Assembly (NCBI GenBank): GCA_036406615.1
Contig: DASXAQ010000020.1
Span: forward strand, 16,608 to 80,607
Source of the DNA: Actinomycetota bacterium
GTDB taxonomy: Bacteria > Actinomycetota > UBA4738
DNA: 64,000 nucleotides
Direction: 5' to 3'
Each line of letters begins with the position of its first letter. Position 1 is the stretch's first letter. Under the pieces are notes generated by a model. The model was given only the letters and a program-made list of their open reading frames with translations. It had not been told where the DNA came from and searched no databases. This document shows, piece after piece, positions 9,507 through 18,610 of this stretch. The translations under genes and the position numbers were made by a program.

Positions 9507-10925
9507 TCAGCGGGGCTGCGCGGGCGCCCAGGCCCTCGAGTGCACGGCGCCGAGCGACGCGACGGCACCCAGCAGGATCAGCGCGCCGCCCGCGATCATC
9601 CCGAGCTGGTTGCCGTCCAGCGACACCGGGCCCAGGTGGATCTCGGGGAACGCGTGGGCGATGGCGCCCATGCCGAGCGCGCCGGCGCCCAGGCCGAGCC
9701 GGAACAGCATCTGCACGCCGCCCATGATCCGGCCCCGAACCTCATCCTCGGTCACCCGCTGCGCCAGCGTGAGGGCAAGCACGATCGCCACGCTGAACGC
9801 CGCGCCGAAGACGACGGCCAGCACGAACGACAGCCACAGCAGCGGCAGCAGGGCCATCACGATCAGCACGCCCCCGCACGTGAGGACCGCCGCGACGAAC
9901 ACGTGCGCCTCGCCGCGCCGAACCAGCAGCCGCACGATCGCCAGCCCGATCCCCATGCCCGCGCCCCACAGCGCCGCCAGCCACCCGAACTGCACATCGG
10001 AGCCGTGCAGCGTCTGATGCACGAACGCGATGCCGATCGCGAACAGGACGCCGCCGCCGAACATCGACACGACGAGCCCGTACGCCATCGACCGCAGGCC
10101 CTGGTGGTTCATCACGTACTGGAAGCCTTCGCGGATCCCGGCGAGGAACGCCAGGTGCTCCGGCGCCTCCTTGTGCGCCAGGGGGAGCCCGTAGATCATC
10201 GCCGCGGAGAACACGAACGTGGCCGCGTCGAACAGGAACGCGAACGACGTGGGGTGATCCGCGAAGTAGCCGGCCAGCGGCAGCGCGGAGGGGATGTGGC
10301 CCGCGGCAACGGACAGGCCGCTGAACACCGCGGCGGCCAGCGGCAGCGTGCCGTACGACGTGGCCAGCACCAGCCCGTTGGCCTCCTCGAGGTTGTCGCG
10401 CCGGACCAGCCGCGGGACGCTCGCGTCGCGCGCGGGCAGGAAGAACAGCGAGATGCATTCGTGGACGAACGCGATCACGTACAGCAGGCCGATGCCCACG
10501 AACGGCACGAGCGTGATCAGTGCCGCGCGGGACAGGTCGCACGTCACCATGATCGTGCGCCGGTCCAGGCGGTCGGCCAGCACGCCGCCGACCGGCGCGG
10601 CGAAGATCGGTGGGACCAGGCGAAGGATGAGCACCACGGCCACGGCCGTCTGGTTCGACGTCAGGGCGAACGCGGCGGCGATGAACGCGAGCGTGGCCAC
10701 CCAGTCCCCGAGCGTGGACACCGTCTGGCCGTAGAGCAGCCGCCGGAAGCTCGACGAGCGCATGACCCCGCCGAAGCCGAGCCGCGTCGGCCGCGTTCGG
10801 CGCTCCTGCCGCCGGGGCGTCGGGGACGCGTCCGGGGAATCGGCGTCGGCGAGCTTCGGCTCCCGGGCCGCGTCCGGCCCGGCCTCCGCTGCCAGATCCC
10901 GGTGCGGCTGCTCGCTCAACGCCAC
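9507..10925 (-). CDS. MFS transporter
   Basis: About 12 hydrophobic helices. FRRLLYGQTVSTLGDW resembles the N-termini of DHA3/EntS-type MFS proteins. Start uncertain: GTG 10925 (GC3-rich codons continue to there) or ATG 10763. Confidence 0.8.
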   Translation of the reverse strand: MALSEQPHRDLAAEAGPDAAREPKLADADSPDASPTPRRQERRTRPTRLGFGGVMRSSSFRRLLYGQTVSTLGDWVATLAFIAAAFALTSNQTAVAVVLILRLVPPIFAAPVGGVLADRLDRRTIMVTCDLSRAALITLVPFVGIGLLYVIAFVHECISLFFLPARDASVPRLVRRDNLEEANGLVLATSYGTLPLAAAVFSGLSVAAGHIPSALPLAGYFADHPTSFAFLFDAATFVFSAAMIYGLPLAHKEAPEHLAFLAGIREGFQYVMNHQGLRSMAYGLVVSMFGGGVLFAIGIAFVHQTLHGSDVQFGWLAALWGAGMGIGLAIVRLLVRRGEAHVFVAAVLTCGGVLIVMALLPLLWLSFVLAVVFGAAFSVAIVLALTLAQRVTEDEVRGRIMGGVQMLFRLGLGAGALGMGAIAHAFPEIHLGPVSLDGNQLGMIAGGALILLGAVASLGAVHSRAWAPAQPR

Positions 10926-10969
10926 TAACGTTATCGTGCCCTCCGCCGAGGCTCGGGTAACGTTCGTCC

Positions 10970-11806
10970 ATGGCCGCCGTCGTGACCGACAGCGCGTCGA
11001 ACCTGCCGCCCGAGCTCGCCGACGAGGCGGGCATCCAAGTCGTGCCGCTGTACCTGGCATTCGGCGACGAGGTGCTTCGCGACGGCGTCGACATCCGGCC
11101 CGACGAGTTCTACCGGCGCCTGGCCTCCGACGGCTCGGCCACGTCGTCGACGCCGTCGCCCGGCGACTTCCTCGAGGCGTTCCGCGCGACCGGCGATCGA
11201 GAGATCGTGTGCGTCACCGTCGCGGCGTCGATGAGCGCCGCTCACCAGCAGGCGCTGGCCGCGGCGGAGCGGTTCGACGGAACGGTCCGGGTCGTCGACT
11301 CGGGGTCGGCCTCGATGGCGCAGGGGTTCGTGGCCCTGTCGGCGGCGCGAACGCTGGCGGCCGGAGGATCCCCGGAGGCGGCGGAGGCGCGCGCGCGGGA
11401 GACGGCCGAGCGCGTCCGGCTGATCGCCACCGTCGACACGTTCGACTACCTTCGCCGATCGGGCCGCGTGAGCTCGCTGCAGGCCTACGCGGCCACCGTG
11501 CTGGACATCAAGCCGGTGTTCGCGTTTCGTCGCGGCGAGCCGTTCGCCCTCGCCCGGCCGCGGACCCGGCGGCGGGCGGTGGACCGCGTGGTGGAGGCGG
11601 CCCTGGCCGACATCGGCGGCCGGCCCGTCCACCTGGCGACGATGCACGCGGCGGCGCCGGCCGAGGCCCGCGCGCTCGCCGATCGGATCGCGGCGGCCAC
11701 GGACGTGGTCGAGCAGGTGGTCGTCGAGGTCACGCCGGTCATCGGCGCCCACACCGGCCCGGGCCTGCTGGGCGCGGCCTTCTTCTGTGATCGAGCGACG
11801 GGCTAG
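10970..11806 (+). CDS. DegV family fatty-acid-binding protein (second copy)
   Basis: 278 aa. VVTDSASNLPPELADEAGIQVVPLYLAFGDEVLRDGVDIRPDEFY. Confidence 0.85.
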   Translation: MAAVVTDSASNLPPELADEAGIQVVPLYLAFGDEVLRDGVDIRPDEFYRRLASDGSATSSTPSPGDFLEAFRATGDREIVCVTVAASMSAAHQQALAAAERFDGTVRVVDSGSASMAQGFVALSAARTLAAGGSPEAAEARARETAERVRLIATVDTFDYLRRSGRVSSLQAYAATVLDIKPVFAFRRGEPFALARPRTRRRAVDRVVEAALADIGGRPVHLATMHAAAPAEARALADRIAAATDVVEQVVVEVTPVIGAHTGPGLLGAAFFCDRATG

Positions 11807-11839
11807 GCTGGAAGCGTCCCTCCGCGGCCGCGGGGGGCG

Positions 11840-12553
11840 GTGGGAGCCAGTGGCATGACGGGTCGCATCGCATGGGTCGCCGCCGCGTACCTGGTCGGAA
11901 CGTTTCCGGCCACGTTCGTCATCGCGAAGCTGAAGGGTGCCCACGGGCTGCTGGCGGCCGCGGGGCGCGACGCCGGGGAGACCGACGCGCACCTGTTGAT
12001 GACGCGCTACCTCGGCGCCCGCTGGTCGAGCCTGGCGGCGACCACCGACGTGCTCAAGGCGTTGCTGTTCACCCTGGCCGCCCGCGCGTGGGGCGACCTT
12101 CCTCCGGAGTGGCTGGCGATGGTCGGCGTGGCACTGGTCATCGGGCACGCGTTCCCCTTCTATGCGACGCAGATGGCGGGCCGGGGCATGACCGCGACGG
12201 CGGGCGTCCTGCTGGTGCTGCTGCCGTGGGAGATGGTCCTGTGCGGGCTGATCATCCTGGCCGGCATCGCGGTCAAGAACTCGGGCCTCGCCAGCACCAT
12301 CGGGCTGGCCACCGTGCCCATCGCCGCGGCCGTCCAGGGCCAGCCCGAGGCGTACGTGGCGATGAGCGTGGTGATCCTGGTGCTGATCATGATTCGCCGC
12401 CTCCAGGGCGTCGGCGAGGTGGTGGCGTCGGGCGTGTCGCCCGTTCGCGCCGTCCTGTCGCGGTGCGTCCTCGACGCCACGCCGGCCCCCGGCTCGCAAC
12501 GCCGCGGCGCGTCCGAGCCGTATGGCGAACAGGCGCCTCCCGGCACCGTGTGA
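11840..12553 (+). CDS. PlsY-like membrane protein (glycerol-3-phosphate acyltransferase family) with a degenerate motif 1
   Basis: AAYLVGTFPATFVIAKL, TRYLG, DVLKA and GHAFPFYATQMAGRGMTATAGVLL align by eye to B. subtilis PlsY. The GSGNxGATN motif is replaced by AGETDAHLLM. Confidence 0.7.
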   Translation: MGASGMTGRIAWVAAAYLVGTFPATFVIAKLKGAHGLLAAAGRDAGETDAHLLMTRYLGARWSSLAATTDVLKALLFTLAARAWGDLPPEWLAMVGVALVIGHAFPFYATQMAGRGMTATAGVLLVLLPWEMVLCGLIILAGIAVKNSGLASTIGLATVPIAAAVQGQPEAYVAMSVVILVLIMIRRLQGVGEVVASGVSPVRAVLSRCVLDATPAPGSQRRGASEPYGEQAPPGTV

Positions 12554-12605
12554 GTCTCGGTCGCCTGCCCGTTCCGCGCTTCCGCCCACGGTAGGCTCCG
12601 CGGAG

Positions 12606-13865
12606 ATGGGCCTGATCGTGCAGAAGTACGGCGGGACGTCGGTGGCCGACGCCGAACGAATCCAGGCCGTTGCCGACCGCGTCGTCTCCGCGAGGGGACA
12701 GGGCAACGACGTCGTCGTGGTGGTGTCGGCGATGGGCAACGCCACGGACGACCTGATGGCGATGGCCCTGAACCTGACGCCGTCGCCCAACCCGCGGGAG
12801 CTGGACCTGCTGTTGACCGCCGGCGAGCGGGTCGCGATGAGCCTGCTGGCCATCGCGATCAACGCGGCCGGCCTGCCGGCCACCTCCTACACCGGGTCGC
12901 AGGCGGGCATCATCACCGACACGGATCACGGCCAGGCCAAGATCGTCGACATCCGCCCCGGCCGAATCCGCGACGCGCTCGCGCGCGGCGACATCGTGAT
13001 CGTCGCCGGGTTCCAGGGGGTCTCCACCGCCTACGACGTGACCACGCTCGGCCGGGGCGGCTCGGACACGACCGCGGTCGCGCTGGCGGCAACCCTGGGC
13101 GCCGACGTCTGCGAGATCTACACGGACGTGCCCGGCGTGTTCACGGCCGACCCTCGCGTGGTGCCGGGGGCGGTCAAGCTGCACGCGGTCTCGTACGAGG
13201 AGATGTTGGAGCTGGCCGCGTCCGGTGCGAAGGTCCTGCAGCTACGATCCGTGGAGTACGCGCGGCGCCACGGCGTACGGCTGCATGTTCGCTCGTCGTT
13301 CGACGGCGGGCCGGGCACGTGGGTGACGCAGGAGGATGCACGCATGGAGCAGGCCCTGATCTCGGGCGTCGCCTGCGACGCCGGCGAGGCCAAGGTCACC
13401 ATCGAGGACGTACCCGACCGTCCGGGCGTGGCCGCGGCGATCTTTCGCGCCGTGGCCGACGAGGGGCTGCAGGTCGACATGATCGTGCAGAACAGCTCGC
13501 GCCAGGGACAGACCGACGTTTCGTTCACCGTCCCGAAGGCGGAGCTCGCCCGGGCGACCGCGCTGATGGACCGCCTGGTGAAGGAGGCCGGTGCGGCCGG
13601 CTACACGGTGGACGACGACATCGCGAAGGTGTCGCTGGTGGGCGCCGGGATGAAGAGCAGCTTCGGCGTCGTCGCCGACATGTTCGAGGCGCTGGCCGCC
13701 GAGCGCATCAACATCGAGATGATCTCAACGTCGACCATCCGCATCTCCTGCGTCGTGCGGGCGGCGCTCGCCGACCGGGCGGTCCGCGCCGTGCACGACC
13801 GGTTCCGCGACGCGATCCTCGCGGGCGCGCAGGCTCGGGGCCGGCACGAGGACGCCGCCGGGTAG
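12606..13865 (+). CDS. lysC: aspartate kinase
   Basis: MGLIVQKYGGTSVAD start and C-terminal ACT domains. In-frame internal ATG at 13344 with GGAGGA 7 nt upstream (nested beta subunit). Confidence 0.95.
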   Translation: MGLIVQKYGGTSVADAERIQAVADRVVSARGQGNDVVVVVSAMGNATDDLMAMALNLTPSPNPRELDLLLTAGERVAMSLLAIAINAAGLPATSYTGSQAGIITDTDHGQAKIVDIRPGRIRDALARGDIVIVAGFQGVSTAYDVTTLGRGGSDTTAVALAATLGADVCEIYTDVPGVFTADPRVVPGAVKLHAVSYEEMLELAASGAKVLQLRSVEYARRHGVRLHVRSSFDGGPGTWVTQEDARMEQALISGVACDAGEAKVTIEDVPDRPGVAAAIFRAVADEGLQVDMIVQNSSRQGQTDVSFTVPKAELARATALMDRLVKEAGAAGYTVDDDIAKVSLVGAGMKSSFGVVADMFEALAAERINIEMISTSTIRISCVVRAALADRAVRAVHDRFRDAILAGAQARGRHEDAAG

Positions 13866-13874
13866 GCTGAGGCC

Positions 13875-14921
13875 ATGCGAGTCGCCGTCGTTGGCGCCAC
13901 CGGCGCCGTTGGCCGGGAGATGGTCCGGATCCTGGAGGAGCGGGCGTTCCCCGTGGATGACCTTGTGCTGCTCGCCACGGAACGCTCCGAGGGCACGGCC
14001 GTCCCGTTTCGCGGCGACGACGTCGTCGTGCGTGCCGCGCGCGACGGCTGGCACCGGGGCGTCGACCTGGCGCTCGTGTCCGCCGGCGCGGCAGCCTCGC
14101 GGGAGCTCCTGCCACCGGCGGCGCGGGCGGGCACGGTCTGTGTGGACAACTCATCGGCGTTTCGCATGGACCCGGACGTTCCGCTGGTGATCCCCGAGGT
14201 GAACGCCGAGGCGTTGCACGGCCACCGCAACCTGGTCGCGAACCCGAACTGCACGGCGATCACCGCGCTGGTGCCGATGGGGCCGCTGCACCGGCGGTTC
14301 GGGCTTCGCTCGCTGATCACGTCCTCGTACCAGTCGGTGTCGGGCAGCGGGATGAAGGGCATTCGCGAGCTCGAGGAGCAGATGGAGAAGCTGCACGGCC
14401 AGATCGAGGACCTCCGGCGTCCCGATCCGGGCGCCCTGCCGTCGGGCCCGGTCTTCGCCGGCACGATCGCGTTCAACGTCGTGCCGCTGTGCGAGCGGCC
14501 GGATCCGGACGGCTCCGGCTACACGACCGAGGAGCTGAAGATGGCCGCCGAAGCGCGAAAGATCCTCGGCGTGCCCGGCCTGGAGGTGGCGGCCACCGCC
14601 GTGCGCGTCCCCGTCGCCGTCGGCCACGGCGTCTCGGTCCACGCGCGGTTCGTCGAGCCGGTGACGCCGGCGCTGGCGCGCGAGGCGCTCGAGGACGCCG
14701 ACGGGGTTCGGGTCGTGGACGACCTCGCCGGTGGCGTGTTCCCGACGCCGATCGACGCCGCCGGCGGCGACGACGTGCTCGTGGGGCGGATTCGGCAGGG
14801 CTCCGATCCCACTGCGCTGCTCTACTTCTCGGCCGGAGATAACCTGCGCAAGGGCGCGGCGCTCAACGCCGTGCAGATCGCGGAGGCGGTGGCGTGCGAA
14901 ACGAACGGGCCGGGCCCATGA
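13875..14921 (+). CDS. asd: aspartate-semialdehyde dehydrogenase
   Basis: 348 aa. MRVAVVGATGAVGREM..., active-site NPNCTAI, SGSG. Confidence 0.95.
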   Translation: MRVAVVGATGAVGREMVRILEERAFPVDDLVLLATERSEGTAVPFRGDDVVVRAARDGWHRGVDLALVSAGAAASRELLPPAARAGTVCVDNSSAFRMDPDVPLVIPEVNAEALHGHRNLVANPNCTAITALVPMGPLHRRFGLRSLITSSYQSVSGSGMKGIRELEEQMEKLHGQIEDLRRPDPGALPSGPVFAGTIAFNVVPLCERPDPDGSGYTTEELKMAAEARKILGVPGLEVAATAVRVPVAVGHGVSVHARFVEPVTPALAREALEDADGVRVVDDLAGGVFPTPIDAAGGDDVLVGRIRQGSDPTALLYFSAGDNLRKGAALNAVQIAEAVACETNGPGP

Positions 14922-14935
14922 GGGGCCCGGCCCGT
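14905..14935. terminator. perfect 12-bp GC hairpin between convergent genes
   Basis: ACGGGCCGGGCC (14905-14916) / GGCCCGGCCCGT (14924-14935) with loop CATGAGG. The asd TGA (14919-14921) lies in the loop. No T-tract. Confidence 0.5.
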
Positions 14936-15057
14936 CGAGCGGCTGGACGTGCGTCGGTGCGGTGACGAAGCTGATCTGGAAGTGACGTCATTGTCCTCGT
15001 CGCGGCCGTCGGCCACAAGAGGCTTTTGCCCGAAGTTGGGCTAGGCCCTTCGGCTGC

Positions 15058-15708
15058 CTACAGGTCCCACACCCAGCGCCCCGAGACGAACGGCTTCGCG
15101 GCGATCCATGCCGGCCGGATCGAGCAGCGGGGGTTCGGCGTGACCTGGTTGACGAGCACGGGGATCCCCGGATGCACCGCTCGGGCGATGGCGGTGAAGC
15201 GCCGGGCGGCGCGTCCGAAGACGCGTGGGGCACAGTCGAATCGCTCCAGCTGCAGGTCGACCACGTCGCCATAGCGCGCGGCCACGCGCACGATCGATTC
15301 GAACCGGTCCAGGCTCGCCGGGCCGAGCGCCGCGAAGTGGAAGGCCGGCGTCATGATCACGCGGAAGCCGTCGGCGTGCGCCCGGCGGCCGAACCGTGCG
15401 AGCGACCCCAGCGGATCGGCGCGGTCCGAACCGGACACCGTCCAGTCCTCCAGGTCGTAGGCGACCCAGCGATTCGTCGAGTTCGCCTCGGCCCTCGCCA
15501 GGCCGGAGAGCGAATCCGCCCACGCCATGTCGAGGTCGACGCGGCGGATGGCCCGGTACACGGATGGCGGTGCGCTGACGAGCTGGCGGGGCATGTCCGA
15601 GGGAGCGATGGTTCCCGTCGTCGCGGGAGGCGGCGCCGTCCCCGGGGGTGTGGAGGCGGCCGGGGGGCCCAGCAACCCCGCAAGGATCATCAGCAGGATG
15701 GCCCCCAT
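15058..15708 (-). CDS. hypothetical secreted protein
   Basis: 216 aa. N-terminal hydrophobic signal MGAILLMILAGLLGPPAAS, then a Pro-rich linker. I recognised no motif. Confidence 0.6.
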   Translation of the reverse strand: MGAILLMILAGLLGPPAASTPPGTAPPPATTGTIAPSDMPRQLVSAPPSVYRAIRRVDLDMAWADSLSGLARAEANSTNRWVAYDLEDWTVSGSDRADPLGSLARFGRRAHADGFRVIMTPAFHFAALGPASLDRFESIVRVAARYGDVVDLQLERFDCAPRVFGRAARRFTAIARAVHPGIPVLVNQVTPNPRCSIRPAWIAAKPFVSGRWVWDL

Positions 15709-15830
15709 GGCTCCCCCTCCCGCGGGTCGGCGTTCGCCCGGCCGAGGCGCACCCGCAGTCTAGGGCGCGGGGCCGTGGGGGTGATAGCGGAAAGGGGACG
15801 GTCGCTCGCGGGCGGCCGGCCAGGACGGGC

Positions 15831-16118
15831 TCAGCGCGGTTCGCAGGCGCACGGAAGCCGGCCGCATCGGGGGCACCCGTTCGCGTACCGTGCCGCGGCC
15901 TGGTCGAGGTCGATGCCGGCCAGGTTGGCTACCGACGCCAGCCAGGCCAGCACGTCGCCCGCCTCGTGCGCGCGGGCGGCGGGATCGTCGTGGCGCAGCG
16001 TCCGTGCCAGCTCGCCGACCTCTTCGACCAGCCAGCGGAAGGTCCCGTCGACGCCGCGGGCGTCGTCGCGTTCGAGGTACGTCTCGCGAAGGACCCGCTG
16101 GAACTCGGCCAGGTCCAC
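15831..16118 (-). CDS. MazG-like nucleotide pyrophosphohydrolase domain protein
   Basis: VDLAEFQRVLRETYLERD...FRWLVEEVGELARTL...EAGDVLAWLASVANLAGIDL is the MazG EExxE/D pattern. C-terminal CPRCGRLPCAC. GTG at 16118 just after the upstream stop. C-terminal part of track ORF 15831-17675. Confidence 0.7.
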   Translation of the reverse strand: MDLAEFQRVLRETYLERDDARGVDGTFRWLVEEVGELARTLRHDDPAARAHEAGDVLAWLASVANLAGIDLDQAAARYANGCPRCGRLPCACEPR

Positions 16119-16126
16119 GCCGGTGG

Positions 16127-17668
16127 TCAGCCGGCCGGGATCGGCTCGGCGGCGAGGGCTGGTGCGGGCGGCGGGGGCGAGTCGATCGTGAGGTCGTCGA
16201 CCGGCTCGCGCTTGGGCGCGCCTCTCATGTAGATGGCGACCGGCGGTCCGTAGCGAGCGAGGGCCTGCACGGCCTGGCCCGCCAGCCATGGGGGGAACGC
16301 CGCGGTGATGAGCGAGGTTCCGGAGAACGCGAGCACCGGCACGGTGAAGCGGTTCCGCGGCATGGCCGCGATCAGCACGAGCGGCGTGAGCAGGTACCAG
16401 TACAGGAACCACGGCGTCACCAGGAAGTAGACCGACAGCACGGCCAGCACCGACAGCCACAGGTCGTCCTCGGTACGGACGCGTCGGATCGCCCAGATGA
16501 CGACCCACGCGAGCAGACCGACCCCGACCCACCGCACGATGGCCCCGGCGGCGTCGCCCGGCGATGGTACGCCCGCGCCGCCGAGCACGGGCGTCAGCAG
16601 CTTCTGCACGGTGCCGGCCAGCGACTTGTTGCTGAGGTCGGCGACGTGGAACAGTCCGCGGAACGTGTCGATCCCGGCCCAGTACGGAACCGACAGCACG
16701 GCGGCGATCCCGGCGAACATCGCTCCGTGCTTGGCAGCGGTGCGTATGCCGCGATCGCGCAGCAGCAGCACCAGGTGCAGGACCAGCCCGATGACCGCGT
16801 ACACCTTGATGAGCGACGCCACCGTCAGCAGCACGGTGGCCAGGCCCATGCGTCCTCGCCGCCTGGCCAGGTACGCCCCGAGCAGACATGCCGCCACCGC
16901 GACGTCGACCAGGCCGCCCAGCGGCACCGTGATCAGCACGAGCGGGTTCCACGCGTACGCCAGCACGCCCCAGCCCGCTCCCTGGCCATCGCGGCCCGAC
17001 GCGTCGCCGCGCCAGCGCCAGGCGAACACGATCATCGTGACGATCGCGGCGTCCAGGGCCAGCACGACGAGCTTGTACAGCAGGAACCCCGTCGTGATGC
17101 TCGACCCGGCGGCTTTGGCGACACCAAGGGACAGCAGCGACCAGACCGGCCCGTAGACGCTCGTCTGCAGCGGCCAGTGGATCCAGGAGTACCAGGAGTC
17201 GACCCAGATCGCGACCGGTTGGGTCGTATACGGGTTCATCCCGTGCAGGAACGGCATCATCGCCTGTGGGTTGGCCTGCACGAGTTGCGCGGAGGGGTGG
17301 ATCAGCTGCATCCGGCCGTACAGCAGATATTGATACATGTCCTGCGATTGCGGCAGCGGCGCGAACAGCAGCGCCAGGTGCAGCACGGCCGCTCCGCCGA
17401 GCAGCCAGCCGAGCCCGATCCGCGCGCCGCGTCGCCACGCGATCAGCGCCAGCGCGTAGGGGATGAACAACAACAGCAAGGGACGGTTGTAGCCGTAGGA
17501 GAACGGGAACTTGCGCGGCCGGTAGTAGCCCGAAGCGTGGTGCCCGATCGTGGGGGCAACCAGGAAGTAGACGGCGAGCGCGGCGGCTCCGACGAACAGG
17601 ATGACCACCCATCGCGACAACGCGAACGACCGTGGGGGGGTGGCCGTCTCCTGCGCGGACATCGTCAT
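16127..17668 (-). CDS. polytopic membrane protein, GT-C/DUF2029-like glycosyltransferase candidate
   Basis: 513 aa with more than 10 hydrophobic helices throughout. The family assignment is a weak guess from its architecture. Confidence 0.75.
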   Translation of the reverse strand: MTMSAQETATPPRSFALSRWVVILFVGAAALAVYFLVAPTIGHHASGYYRPRKFPFSYGYNRPLLLLFIPYALALIAWRRGARIGLGWLLGGAAVLHLALLFAPLPQSQDMYQYLLYGRMQLIHPSAQLVQANPQAMMPFLHGMNPYTTQPVAIWVDSWYSWIHWPLQTSVYGPVWSLLSLGVAKAAGSSITTGFLLYKLVVLALDAAIVTMIVFAWRWRGDASGRDGQGAGWGVLAYAWNPLVLITVPLGGLVDVAVAACLLGAYLARRRGRMGLATVLLTVASLIKVYAVIGLVLHLVLLLRDRGIRTAAKHGAMFAGIAAVLSVPYWAGIDTFRGLFHVADLSNKSLAGTVQKLLTPVLGGAGVPSPGDAAGAIVRWVGVGLLAWVVIWAIRRVRTEDDLWLSVLAVLSVYFLVTPWFLYWYLLTPLVLIAAMPRNRFTVPVLAFSGTSLITAAFPPWLAGQAVQALARYGPPVAIYMRGAPKREPVDDLTIDSPPPPAPALAAEPIPAG

Positions 17669-17810
17669 GGCTCACGTGGCCGCGGCGGCGCGGGGGCGCG
17701 CTCGCGGCATGTCGACCATCTTACCCAGTTGCCGAAATTGACCTTTCGGCGTGATGTTGAGAAAGGATTGTGGGCCCGAAGGCTCGGCGTGGGTCTCGGC
17801 CGGTCCGCAG

Positions 17811-18413
17811 CTAGGACATCAGCTCGACGATCAGGCGCTCGTCGATCTCGACCGTGAGCGGGATCTCGTTGCGGTAGGGGTCGCGGGTCAGGCGCCCGGA
17901 CACGTTGTCCTTGTCGCGTTCGAGGTACGGCGGCGGTTCCGGCGTGACCTCCAGGGCTTCGCGGACCGACAGGAAGTTGCGCGCCGCCGGGCTGGCCTCG
18001 ATGGTCTGCCCGGGCCGCACGCGGGCGCTGGGGATGTCGACGCGCTTGCCGTCCACACGGATGTGCGCGTGCGACACGAGCTGGCGGGCCTGGCGCATCG
18101 TCTGGGCGAAGCCGAGCCGCAGCACGAGCGAGTCCAGGCGGGTCTCCAGCAGTCGGATCAGCTCCTCGCCAGTGACGCCCTTCTTGCGGCTGGCGTCGGC
18201 GAAGTAGCGGCGGAACTGGCGCTCCTGCACGCCGTACATCGCGCGGAGCTTCTGCTTCTCCAGCAGGCGCATGTGGAACTCGGACAGCCGGCGACGGGCC
18301 TGGCCGTGCTGCCCGGGCGGATAGGGCCGCTTGTTCACTGGGCAATTGGGCCGTCCGCAGACGGCCGCGCCCACGCGGCGGCAGATCCGGTGCTTCGGTC
18401 CGAGTTTCTGCAT
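17811..18413 (-). CDS. rpsD: 30S ribosomal protein S4
   Basis: 200 aa. GPKHRICRRVG...PGQHGQARRRLSEFHMRLLEKQKLRAMYG, plus an S4 RNA-binding domain. Confidence 0.95.
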   Translation of the reverse strand: MQKLGPKHRICRRVGAAVCGRPNCPVNKRPYPPGQHGQARRRLSEFHMRLLEKQKLRAMYGVQERQFRRYFADASRKKGVTGEELIRLLETRLDSLVLRLGFAQTMRQARQLVSHAHIRVDGKRVDIPSARVRPGQTIEASPAARNFLSVREALEVTPEPPPYLERDKDNVSGRLTRDPYRNEIPLTVEIDERLIVELMS

Positions 18414-18468
18414 ACGAGCCGTCCAGTATGGCAGCCGAAACCGCGACCGGCATGCCGGCCGCGAGCCT

Positions 18469-18545
18469 TGGTCGGGACGGCGGGATTTGAACCCGCGACC
18501 TCAGCGTCCCGAACGCTGCGCGCTACCAAGCTGCGCCACGTCCCG
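18469..18545 (-). tRNA. tRNA-Pro (anticodon CGG)
   Basis: Reverse complement CGGGACGTGGCGCAGCTTGGTAGCGCGCAGCGTTCGGGACGCTGAGGTCGCGGGTTCAAATCCCGCCGTCCCGACCA folds as a cloverleaf. 7-bp acceptor stem, anticodon loop TTCGGGA, T-loop GGTTCAAATCC, encoded CCA. Confidence 0.9.
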
Positions 18546-18610
18546 ACGGTACCGGCCTCGCGGCCGGACCCGACAGTGTAACGAGGATCGATCGCTGCCA
18601 TCATGCCGGG

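Noticed and set aside
17731-17750. Hairpin GCCGAAA-TTGACC-TTTCGGC as the rpsD terminator
   Set aside because: The 7-bp stem is real. It lacks a U-tract and lies 60 nt beyond the rpsD stop, inside the likely promoter region of the next gene, so its function is ambiguous.
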